Shown here piece after piece: positions 12,653-24,100 of a stretch of 64,000 nt of DNA. The notes beneath the pieces were generated by a model. It had not been told where the DNA came from, did no database searches, and was given only the letters and a program-made list of their open reading frames with translations. The DNA lies in NCBI RefSeq assembly GCF_025526975.1, contig NW_026515674.1:372001-436000 (forward strand), in the 5' to 3' direction. This stretch comes from Fimicolochytrium jonesii. Lineage: Eukaryota. A program made the translations under genes and the position numbers. The stretch's first letter is position 1; each line of letters begins with the position of its first letter.

Positions 12653-14085
12653 ACTGTACCATACGTACCATACCGGATCGGAGACGTCCGTGCGACTTTA
12701 TAGATAGCCTTTCCGCACAAGCATTTATCGGACCAGTTCCTCCTCAATTTTGATTTACCGCAATTTTGCCTGCATCTTGTACAGTTTTCACAATGCATCA
12801 TACGGTCTAGACGTATTATACTCTTGTCACATACATATACACACGGCGTGAAACCATCATGGTATCCGAAATCACGGATTTTCAGCCATTAGCCTGCTTT
12901 TCCAATCTGCAGAGTCAGCTCCCTTGCTCGATTGCCGAGGTCGTCGCGGAAGCGAAACCACCTCAAAGCCAGACGGCGCCTCATAGCCTCGCATCGAACC
13001 CGATCAGCAACGCAGGTACGAGCGCCGGAGAGCATTGCATTCTTCACGAAATGACGGGATCTCTGTCCGAGATGCGGACTTCTTGGAGTCTAGGACCCGC
13101 TTGCGGACACTCGTTTTCCGCGACGTTCTCCAACTTCAGGTGTATGCAAACTTTGCACCATTCCAAGGTGAACTTGCACCCCAATCGGCGCCTAAATGTG
13201 GGAGTACGGTAGCAGGATCTACTAAGCTCTGAGGCGACCCCACTTCTGGTGCCGCTGAAAAGAAACGTCCCCCTCAAGATGGATTTATTCGCTTAACGAT
13301 TGCAAAGGGCTGAGTGGGACCCGGCAGCTCTGTGCCGTGGCAACACGCTTGCAGTAGCGAGCCTCTACTGCTGGTCTATTTGAATAAAGCAGCTTCTCGA
13401 TGTCTGGCGCAGAACCAGCAACTATGTGCTCTGGTCTAGCATCGCAGACCCATGTTCCACACGTAGCACAGGGCACGGGTCACTTCAATGAAAAGAGGTT
13501 CGGCAAGGTACCGATGAAATGAGTTGCCTTCTACAATTGGGTAGGGACAGCATATGTTTGTGAGGATCTCCCACTCCATACATCAGACTCGTCAAGATGG
13601 AAGGGTACGCTATCCTGATTATTTCCCGTCCAAGCTCTTGATGTGTCTTCCTCACTCTTTTCTCTGCCCGGCCATCTTCCGTTCGCATAGAGGCATAAAC
13701 ATGCATCGTTATGCCAGCGTTTGCAATTGGGCGGTATCGGGGCAAAAAGCTGACCACATTGCGATGGACACCCTTCTCCTCCCGTAGAGCTCAGAGTAGC
13801 ACCGAGAACAAAGCTCTGAGCGGTCGATTCGACATAAATGCCCGGAAAGAACTCGATACCTGGCCAAGGGCTCAAGATTAGAGCATGTTAAGGTCGAGAC
13901 AGCTAACTTGGCCATCCCACTCAGAAAGGGTGAGTATTTTGGGGAGGGCAGTACGGTGCCTAGTCCGTGATGCCTGCGAGAAGAACAGCAGTTTGTTTCG
14001 CGAAGGAGGGACGAATGCCCTTGGTATGCCGGTGTTGAGCGTCCACTTAAATCTACTGTGGACGGCGGCCCGTACATACAAATCA

Positions 14086-14105
14086 ACGCGTCCGAAAAAA
14101 CGCGT
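14086..14105. promoter_or_regulatory. Paired ACGCGT (MCB-like) elements
   Basis: acgcgt at 14086-14091 and 14100-14105 in a gene-free interval. The regulatory role is inferred. Confidence 0.35.
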
Positions 14106-14961
14106 TTTGCCCGTTTACGTAAGCGAAGCAGCTACGTAATCCAGAGTGACAGCAAAACACAATATCTCTTTTCCAAATATCTTCATCGACATCTTGCCAC
14201 CGACTCTTGACACTGACAGCAACAACACTACTGGAGTGACCCCCACAGAGTCCCGACCTCAACCCAATCAATAGTGCCAGCCGCAGGCTTAGGACCAGCG
14301 TTGGGAGTTGCGCATCAAATGGAAGCATGGATGTCATTGCGTGGGAGCTAGTGCACACCACTCTGCCGGCAAGGGTTGAAATCACGGCCAGCCAAGCGCA
14401 ACCGCACCTTGCACCGCTTAGCGGACCCCGCAGTGATATGGGGCTCTTAACAAGAGGTTTCTGGTGCTGGTGAGGACGGATTTCACCCTGTGAGAAGAGA
14501 CCCAGCAACATGGTGGGGCGGCGTTCGGGACAGGGCGCAAGTGAAGTGCTGTTACTACATGCATTGAACGGTTCAAGACGCAAGCCTCGGAGCTGCTGCG
14601 GAGCTCGAATGTCGCCCTTTCGGGAGATATTTTTGACAATACAGTACACTGGTAGGACACTGTTTGATGTCGATTGTAAACTTCGCCTCATGATAATGAG
14701 ATCTGATAAGCTTGTGATATGTGCGGAGGTGGCCCAGCATGCGATTACGCGCCCTCGTCATCAGTGAAAAAGAGTCCCCGCGCGCGCGATTGAGGCTGGG
14801 CCAACCGCACGGGAAGGCGGCAGAAGGGGAGGGGACGGGAGGGGCAGGGGAAAAGAAAGCAGCAGGCAACAGAAATAGCACACTCCACCCCACCAACAGG
14901 TATCGAAAAGCACAGCAAGACCTCGGGTTCCTCAGCCTATTCCTCAAGTTAGCAAGAAGCG

Positions 14962-16283
14962 ATGCTTCCTTCGACTGCTTTGCTGGTCATTGGCGCGTTG
15001 CTGGTTGTGGTGGCGTCGGAGGTCAAAGCGCAGTCTGTTCTACTGGGTACGGTTTACCTGCCGATGGCAATTCCAAAAGCACACCCCAGGAAGCAAACTG
15101 ATACTGACGGCTGGTCGTCGTTTTGCAGGAGCCAGGTGCAACCCGAATACCGACCTCTTTGGGTGTTCTGGAAAGAACTATATGAGCTGTCAGTGACTTC
15201 GTCCGCCCCGTGACATTTTTTCGGAGCTGCAAAAGTGATATAAGCTTACCTCTTAAACCTTGTTTCTTTTCTTCTGCAACAGGCGACCCAACATCAAGTA
15301 TGAGCAACTTCTCAAATACGTGCGCTTTGAAGTGTTGGTTAACCGTCTAATTCTGTTTTGGTGACGCTCTTTGACAGATCGATGGATTACACAGAATACT
15401 TGTCTGCAGGATTGCATAACCGTACCAGCCTTCGCACAAGTGAGTCGTTCATCCCAAGTTTCATTCCAACTGAATATACGACTAAAGTTACCTACAGAAC
15501 TGTGGCAGAAATTCGCATGGCATTGAGGATCCCGCTACCGCGGCCCCTGCGCCCGCTCCAACCCCCACTAGGCACACATCCACCTCTCCATCCACTTCAT
15601 TGACTCCAGAGACCTCTCTCTCGCAACCCGTACCATCCAACATCCTCGCTCCGCAGCCGTCGACCATCCCCAATAAAGACAACATCACAACAGGCTCCCC
15701 ACTCGATCCCTCGAATCCCAACTCGAATGGAAATCCGATAACAGATAAACAGCCGGGTGATGGTTCCGGCTCGTCCTCTTCCTCCTCATCATCTCGAAAT
15801 ATCGCCGTGATTGTCGGCCCAGTTGCTGGTGGGGCAGTCTTGATCGCAGCGATCGTAGCAGCATCGCTACTGATGCACCGGCGGAGATATCACGCACCAA
15901 AGCATGGGTTGGGAGGGGCGGACGTGGCCAACATGGAAGTTGGAACAGGGGCTCTATACCCCTCGGGGCCGTTTTCACCAAATGTATCGTCTGTACTGGA
16001 AAAGCGATACGTCGTTGCTCATGCATACGACGCCGCCGCCGATGACGAAATCTCCTTGAGGGTCGGAGACCATGTCAGGTTGAACCTTTTGTTCAACGAT
16101 GGCTGGGCGAAGGTAAGGAGGTTCCGACAAATTCTGAATGGACAGTGAGAGACTTTGAACAATTTATCATGCATACTTCCAATACAGGGCGTCAACGAAA
16201 CTTCCGGAAAGCATGGCCTCCTACCATGCGCATGCATCCAGGACGACGCAGTTGCAGAAACAAAACCGTTCATCAATCAGTAA
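14962..16283 (+). CDS. Single-pass membrane protein: signal peptide, 6-Cys ectodomain, S/T/P stalk, TM helix, cytoplasmic SH3 domain
   Basis: Signal MLPSTALLVIGALLVVVASEVKA. Spliced ectodomain GARCNPNTDLFGCSGKNYMSCDPTSNRWITQNTCLQDCITVPAFAQNCG. TM IAVIVGPVAGGAVLIAAIVAASLLM. SH3 YVVAHAYDAAADDEISLRVGD...DGWAK|GVNETSGKHGLLPCACI. Stop TAA at 16281-16283. Confidence 0.85.
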
Positions 16284-17415
16284 AGACAGACCCACTCACC
16301 TCATCTCAAACGACGTACGACCGGAACGCGCGGCTTGACGACCCCCTTGGCGAGTATATACCCCTCCGTGAATTCTTGCAACTATGTATGTAGAGATATC
16401 CCCAGGTGATCAGAATTAGTGTAATCTATGTGGATGGGCCTTAGAAAGTAATGTTTCGAAAAGCATAGGCCTTGATAATTGCCATGGGAATGCTGTTGTG
16501 ATTGTTTGAGTCCTTCAAATTCATACTGAGTCTTCGTCTGTGTAGCCTCGCATGTCTTGAAAGCGCTATTCAGGTGCTTCTGCTCTAAATAGTTCGGTTA
16601 GGGATAACGCGGTTCTGCGTACCCGGTTCTGCAAGGGACATCCCTCTTGTATATGGACGTCAAACATTGCACCTCGTCCCGATTTATCATGAGTGACACG
16701 ATACCTGGCGTGGGGGTAAGTGAGCCCTGACACGAGGAGAACGAGAATCTGGATGCACTGTATGTCCAAGAAGAGAAATGAGAGAGAAGGGCGGAACGCT
16801 CTTTTGAGATATCTGAAAACGAAGAGCAGCAGAGCCAGGACAACGCAAATGCTGGGAAGAGTCGGAATGGAAGGCAGCAGGATGCCTGCGAGACGCAAGA
16901 AATCAACAAGGGATATGGGCTTTTTATGTTGGCGGAAAGGGAATGTGCAAGTCGGGCATCGGATGCTCTCGCGTTGGTTTGACGCGTTTAACATTGCGTA
17001 AGCAAATCCATCTGAAAATTCAAGAGCTTGAGGAGCATGAGGCTGACGTTTCTGAGCAGACTATCAACTTCCTTGTTCCTTGCCAAAACTCTCAAACAAT
17101 GGGCAAGACAATCATTGTGATCGCCTTGAACCACTTGACATTCAGGGAATTCGATATGGACAGGGCTTTTGGGGTGTTCCAGTCGACGCCAGCTAGCCCC
17201 GATACCATAGCTGGCCAGGAATGATTTACGTGACAAGGTGGACCGTTGCTCGAGATGGAACCAGTAGTCAGTTAAAGAAAGGGGTTGTCCTGGCAAGGTC
17301 TCTGAGGCTTATATTGCATGCTATACTGGACTGCGTTGCATCTATCTAGAACAATGTCGCCACCGCTAGTGTAATTCAGTGCAGCTAACAATATATAGAC
17401 CGACGAACCAGAAGT

Positions 17416-19413
17416 CTAGATAGATTCAAGAACGCTGAAAAGAAGTGCAACACCGAACCCGGTGCCTCGTTGATCCTTGCCGGAAGGTCCAGCTGATGAA
17501 AAGACCAATAAGTGAGTTAAGAGTTCAGAATATTGCTATGCGACACCACCAGTGATTCATACCCATGTCGACATGTGCCCATTTGCCAGTGTATTCGCTG
17601 TTAAGGTGGTCTTCCACAAAGTGCCCCGCTGCTGACGATTGCGCGTTCATACGATCTGCGACGCTGTTCTTCATGTCGGCGACCTTGCTGTCGAACTCCT
17701 TCTTCAGCAGCTCCGGTGCGTACTAAGAAGAGATCATTCTCAGTATTGAACGAAAGCCATTGAAACCATGTAAGCCGAAATTACCAGGATGGGGAAACAC
17801 CAGTCTCCAGAGCGCTGGCCAGCGTCAAGAATGTGACGCTCAAAGTCCTCGTCGCGGGACAAGACAGCGGCATGCTTCTTTCCGGTGGTAATCAATTGGG
17901 CACCAGTCAAGGTGGCGATGTCAATGATGTGGGTAGCATTGACCTCGCTGCTGGAAGCATACGCAACACCATCACCAAGCACCAAACGACCTGTGAAGAA
18001 AAGGATGAGCATTCATTTGATGTTGTTTGTATGCAAGGATGCAAACCTTCTGCGTCCGTGTTGTTGATCTCCACGCTCTTTCCGCTCTTGAGAATGATGA
18101 TATCGTCTGGTCGCTGAGCTTTGGGTCCAATGGCGTTCTCGGCGAGACAGAGTACTGCAGTGAACACACCGCCGTAGTTTTCCTTTGCCGCGGTGATGAA
18201 AGCACCCAAGCAGGCGGCGCTACCACCCATGTCATCCTTCATGCCGACCATACCGCCGGAGGTCTTCAAGCTCAAACCTCCAGTGTCGTACACAATACCC
18301 TTGCCGACAATGACGGGACGCGACTTGATTGTCACGATCTTGGGAGTGTGGGTCAAGACGACAAGCGCTGGTGGGTGTTCCGCAGCCTTGCCGACTCCGT
18401 AAAGTCCACCATAGCCGTTCTTCTTGAGCTCCTCGCCGGTAATGACCTCCATCTTGACGGTCGGAAGGTTGGCCACGGCCTCCTTAATCTCCTCGACGTA
18501 CTTGGTCACGTGGAGCTCGCCACATGGCGTGTCCATCAACCGAGAGGCCAAGCGAATAGAGTCCTTTTGCGAAATCGAAATAAGCGACGACTCTTTCTCC
18601 ACAACGGGCTTCAGATCCGACTTACGGCAAGGTTGTTCAGCTTGGTGTAAGTCTTTTCCTCAACTCCACCAGGAACAGCAATCTCGACGTGAACGGTACG
18701 AGACTTGAGCTTCGCAGCACTGCTCTTCTTAGAGTACAATGGGAATGCCCTCGCTACCGCACTACGCAGAACAGATTTTTAGATTTGATTCAGCCGATTC
18801 CCTTACCACCATTGGATAGAAACTCACCAGCCAGCGGCAAGAACCTGCTCCTGATTTTCCAGCGCAAGCACAATTTTCACTGCAGGAGGCAATGCGTCAT
18901 TGAAAACAGCGCACCGACGTGAATGCAGTACTAAATGACATACGAACCGTCGCCCTCCTTCGGAGTTTGTGCCGCGACAAGGTCGTGCACAAGATCAGAG
19001 CGGATTTTGCCCATGTTGCGAGACCTTTCCTTGGAGAGATGAGCAAATGTGTGCTGAATGCGGTTATCACCTAGAAGGAGCGCCAGCGTGAGCCTCAAGT
19101 TTTTAGAGATTGGGAAATCACAAACTCTCATACCGCTCTTCGTATAAGAGGTCAAGACATCAGCCTTGCCCTCGACAAGAACCTCATTGTTCTCCGGAGC
19201 GACGCTGCCAAAAGCCTTCCAAAGGGACGCGTTGGAGGAAGCGAGCAGAGACCGCTCGCCGATGGCGACGACTGCTGAGACGGGTTCGCTGGTGGCGCCG
19301 AAGCGCAAGGTTGTGGCGCTCATTGCTCGACGGAAGAGGTAAGCGGACGATGCGGAGATCAACGGAGAAGCACGAGAATACGTCGTAAGGCAGGCACGGA
19401 AGACCAGTGGCAT
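17416..19413 (-). CDS. M17 leucyl aminopeptidase family, NPEPL1-like, multi-exon
   Basis: Motifs VGKGIVYDTGGLSLK, MKDDMGGSAA, NNTDAEG|RL, DIATLTGAQ and the C-terminal RGTGFGVALL. Stop TAG at 17416-17418. Confidence 0.92.
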
Positions 19414-21174
19414 ATGGACTCAAAAGCGTGTTCCTGCCTTTTGCTGGAAGTTCTTTTGCTGGATGGAGCAGCTTTTGATTCCGGGCGGATATTCCGTTGT
19501 CCTTGAGCCGTTAAGGCGGTCTCACGGTCAGAATGTGCCCTCGTGAGACCCAACCAGCAGCACCGAGCGCGTTCCTCACAAATCGGATCTCGCCCTGTCA
19601 AAACACCCCACGCCTCCCCACGCCCCGTCCTTCTTCTCTTGGCCTCACCAGCACAAATACGTACAAATATGCCCGACACGCTCACACCGCCGACCAACAT
19701 CTAGTCGGAGTTGCACGACCGTGACCACGACCGTGCGCTTGAGAATTATGAGAATGCCGGAACGGAAACCTAAACCAGCAGCCTTCGCGACCTCCTCCGC
19801 GTAAAAGCCGCTTTCAAATACAGCGGGCGTACTGGGTTTCGCGCTTTCGACGAGCTATCAAAGGAGGATCGGATCGCGTTTGAAGGCAATCGCGACCACC
19901 ATATAGACGACGACGAGCACCCCATGTCCTTTGCCACGTCCTTTTTTTTTCGTCGAGATGTGTCAATACATACCTTCTCAGTCACCATCCGACGAGCCCG
20001 GCGTCGACTCCGCTGTTTTGTGAAGTGTAGGCATGGGTGGAGAGCAGTGGTTCTCATCTATGACAGCGATCGCTCGTTGCTGGCGGACTATACTGTGCGG
20101 TGAGGTGTGACAATTTGCGTAGTTGGAGCCAGAACCGAGACATTTTTGCGTTCGGCGAGGCCGAGAGGCGAGGGCTACCGGAGTTGTTTGCGTCCGCCCG
20201 TTGCGACCCGGCATGCCACAAAACGAGAGTGAGAGTAAGGATTGCAAGACGAAGGAAATGTGTAACTTTTCGCTTGGACTCAACGGTGCTCGGCTGTCAG
20301 TGCGTTTCATGCCATGGGGCTAGTTTCTTGTTTTGGTGGTGAGCTCAAACGAGTAGGTAGGTACGTCAACACGTATCGTAACCGGCCCCGACCTCACAGG
20401 AATACAATTGAGCGAGGTCAACAAGTGTTTCCTGGCTGATATTTACGATCGGATTCGGGACCTCACTGGTTTGAAATCCCGTCTGACGTCTGTGCTACTT
20501 GGCGCTTCCCACACCTCCCATGTTTTCCTCCCATTGTTGTGATGCGGTTGTGTAAAGCACTTGATGGCTCGCTCGAGAGGCAGTTAATGGTTCAAGAAAC
20601 CAAGCAGGTCAACGCAGGCCGATGAAGAATAGAAGGAGAAGGAAAAGGGCGGCGTGGGAAAGTGGTGAATCAACCTCCTTTCCCACGCCGTTCTCTTCCC
20701 ACCCATTTGGCATTGCAACTGCTCATGGGTGGAAATGGGAGCGCTCATATATTCTCCGACTCTGGTGACGATGCACGCGTTGTCCTGTCAAACCAAAGTG
20801 TCGATTGGCCGTTAACCAGCAAAGGCGTGCGTTTTCGTGGTCTGCGACGAAAGGTGGTGTCCCATTATTTATGTATTTAGTGCGAGCGTTTTGGAATAGT
20901 CGACATGGGGGTTACCTTGAATCCGGCCGGTTAAAGACTTGAAACCGTTGTGGAACGTTCGCCTCATGAGAGTTGGAATTTGGGGGTGCGAAGCGGATCG
21001 TATGCCATTATTTTAGATTTGTTCAGACACGGGTTTCGCGGTGTCGATTATCTCGTAAGCGGTCCTGTCATCCCGTCAAACTCCAGCACACGTCGAACAA
21101 TTGGGAAACCGAAAAATATCCAAAGGATCTATCATCCGGAAAACCACACCACTGCTTGGAACGACTTTCTCGTC

Positions 21175-24100
21175 ATGGGACAAAGCCTGTCCGCTCGCTT
21201 CGAGTGGTCGAAGGAACCAGCAAGCGACAAGGCGGACGCCACCGGCGCATTGAAAACGTCGGTCACCAACCAGGACCTGCTTTATGATCTTGTCCGAATG
21301 ATTGAGCAGCTTTGCAAAGGACATCCAGCTGAGGCAAAGGCAGAGTTCAGGAGGCCGTTGCAGTGGGCTTCTGCGTTGAAGCCTGCCAACTTTACTGGAG
21401 CGGGGGATAAGTGGGATGTAAATACTGCAACGAGGTTCGTTGAATCTGTCACCGTGTTCATAAGTACACCGCATGACTGAGCCGCACGACCTCCTAGAAA
21501 TGCAAAGCAGAGTGTTAACTCGACGGAGAATCGGTCTGATGGGCAACCTCTATTCCATCTGGAGCAAACGTCAACCGATGCCTCATCATTCACAGCGCAT
21601 GCGTCTTCTTTCGAGATACTGAATCGAGTCCTTCAAATTGCCGACGAGAAGAAACTTACAGAGTTGCAAGGCATAATTCAGGCCAATCGGGACCCGGCCA
21701 AGGTCATTTTCGGTGTGAGCGGAGAGACTGCCTTGGTCGATGCGTTTGAAGCATTCACTACCGAGAGTGATCCACGGAAGCGAGATCAGTATGGGAAGCT
21801 CTATAAGCTACTTCTGGTGGTCAACTCGTTTGATCTGCAACTGATGAAAACGGCGGTAGCGGAACTTCGAAAGGACAAAACGTTAGACATCCACAAAGTC
21901 ACGGAAGAGCTCCTCATGCTCCAATCTTTCTGCGGTCGGCAAGAAAGTAGGGCATTGATTTCGATCGATTGGGAGTCAGACTACACATTCGCAAACGGGT
22001 ACAAGGCGCCGCCATGGCGGCAAGTGTATGGAGAGCTATGCTATTTGGAGGTGCAGCCTTTTGACCGCGGAAAGTTCATGGTGACAGCTAGCAAACGCGG
22101 ATACTTTGTGAACAAAGGATATGCCGCTGACGAAAAGGGTCATGAGCGTCTGCAATACGAAGCAGATTCAGATGTATTCCCGTCCCTCATTGACCTCCTC
22201 CGCGCCACGTCCCCTCATTTCGCTGCAACCATCGAGAACCAGGCATATCATTTTGAGCCACCAGCAGGAGAATCAGAGACCTCTGCCGAATTCGATGTTG
22301 GAGGGGTAGGACAAACGTATCAGAATCATCCATCGGATGATGGTGATGATGACAGGGATCATACGGACGATAATACTCCTCGTAAATCAGAGCCGGGGCA
22401 AAAGAGGATTGCGGCGACCAGGAAAACCAAGCTCAAGGCGGCGGCCAAGCCGCGAGCATATGAGCCATCCCTCAAATGGAGAGCATTGGGTCTCTCCGAA
22501 GAGGGGCGAGCGAATGACTCGAGAAATGGGAGGAAAGTGGAGAAGCAAAGGCAGGGCAGGTCGCTATCCGCTGGCAGGGAGAAAAAGGGCGGCCGCGGCC
22601 GTCACGGCGTGGACGAGGATGATATGTCAGATAGTGGCGCAGGTGGGGATCTCGCGATTGTTTCGTCAAGGGCTTTCTCGGGTGTCTAAGATTCAATCTT
22701 TTCCACAGATGACTCGGAAGAGGAACAGCAAGAAAAGAGACAAGAAATCTGTAAGTAATGGCCGTACTCGAGATGTTTTCACAACATGCCTGTCTTGACA
22801 CTTTCTACCCATCTGCGACACGTAGCAGAGCTTCCCGCCGAATACTACCAGATCCAGAAATTGGTGAAATACCTGCGGGCAGGCAACCAAACTGCGACCA
22901 TCATCGCCATATGTTCCTTGCGAGACTTCGACTTGACCAACGGTCAGTACCACCAATGAAACAATCTGGGGTGTCTCTAGACGCTGATTGCGCCTTCCGT
23001 TTGCTACTTTGATAGAATTCAATCAAACAGCAATCCGTGATGTTGGCGGTCTGGAGACGTTGGTGAATCTTCTGGATACAGACGATCCGAAATGCAAAAT
23101 CGGCGCCCTGAAGATCCTGAAGGATGTTTCACAAAACGGTGTGTGATCTCTTTGATAGCCAAGGTGAATTGAATTGGAAATTGACTGACCAATGTGCTCG
23201 ACTCAGTCGCAACACGTTCAGCTCTTTCCGATCTCAGTGGGATGCAGCCCCTGGTTCAACTTCTTGCCGATCACGACCGAGAGGCCAAATGCCTCGCAGC
23301 GGAGACTATCGCACATTGCGCGAAGAATGGTGAGGAAAAGCATTGCACATTGGCATTCCTGATGAGGCGGAAGTAACCTTACCTGCTTGAACATTGTAAC
23401 AACTCCAGCGCGCAACCGACGAGCCGTCCGAAAATTCGGTGGAATCCGCAAGCTTGTCCGCCTACTCAAAGCCAAACCCGGCAGCGAAGACGAACAAGTC
23501 GCTATGGCAGGGGCGCTAGCTCTGGCAGCGCTAAGTAAAAGCGCCCGGAACAAAGAAGCAATCCAGGAAGCCGGCTCCATCCCTCTCCTCGCCAATCTGC
23601 TCGAATCCCAGAACGAGCGACTCCTCATCCCGGTGGTCGGGATCCTCCAAGAGTGCGCCTCCGACGCCCACTACCGCGCCGCCATCCGCGGGTCGGGCAT
23701 GATCAAGTTCCTCGTCGAGAACCTGGCGAGCAAGAACGAAGCGCTGCAGACGTATTGCGCCAGTGCGATCTTTAAATGCGCCGAAGAAGACGAGACGCGG
23801 ACGTTGGTTCGGCAGTACAATGGGCTGAGCTCTCTGGTGAACCTGCTGGACAACACGACGAATAAGGAGCTGTTAGCGGCTGCGACCGGAGCCGTGTGGA
23901 AATGCGCCCAGAATCTGGACAACGTAGCGGCATTCAATAAGCTTAATACCATCAAGAAATTGGTGAGTCTTATGGAGAATCAGCCCGAAGATGTGCTGGT
24001 TAACGTCGTCGGAGCGCTCGGAGCTTGCGCACAAACCGGTGAGTACAACCTTTCTATCGAAGGCTCCCCGCCGATTATTCCGTTCCAGTGCTCATATACC

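Noticed and set aside
14083..14691. 202-aa minus-strand ORF
   Set aside because: No recognisable domain and an atypical Cys/Arg/Ser-rich composition. It cannot be supported as a gene from sequence alone.
20448..20483. tRNA-like T-arm (ggtttgaaatccc)
   Set aside because: It is an imperfect TTC motif and I could not find a D-arm, anticodon arm or acceptor stem.
20905..20920. RFX X-box upstream of ODAD2 (gttaccttgaatc)
   Set aside because: Only the left half-site matches; the right half lacks RGYAAC.
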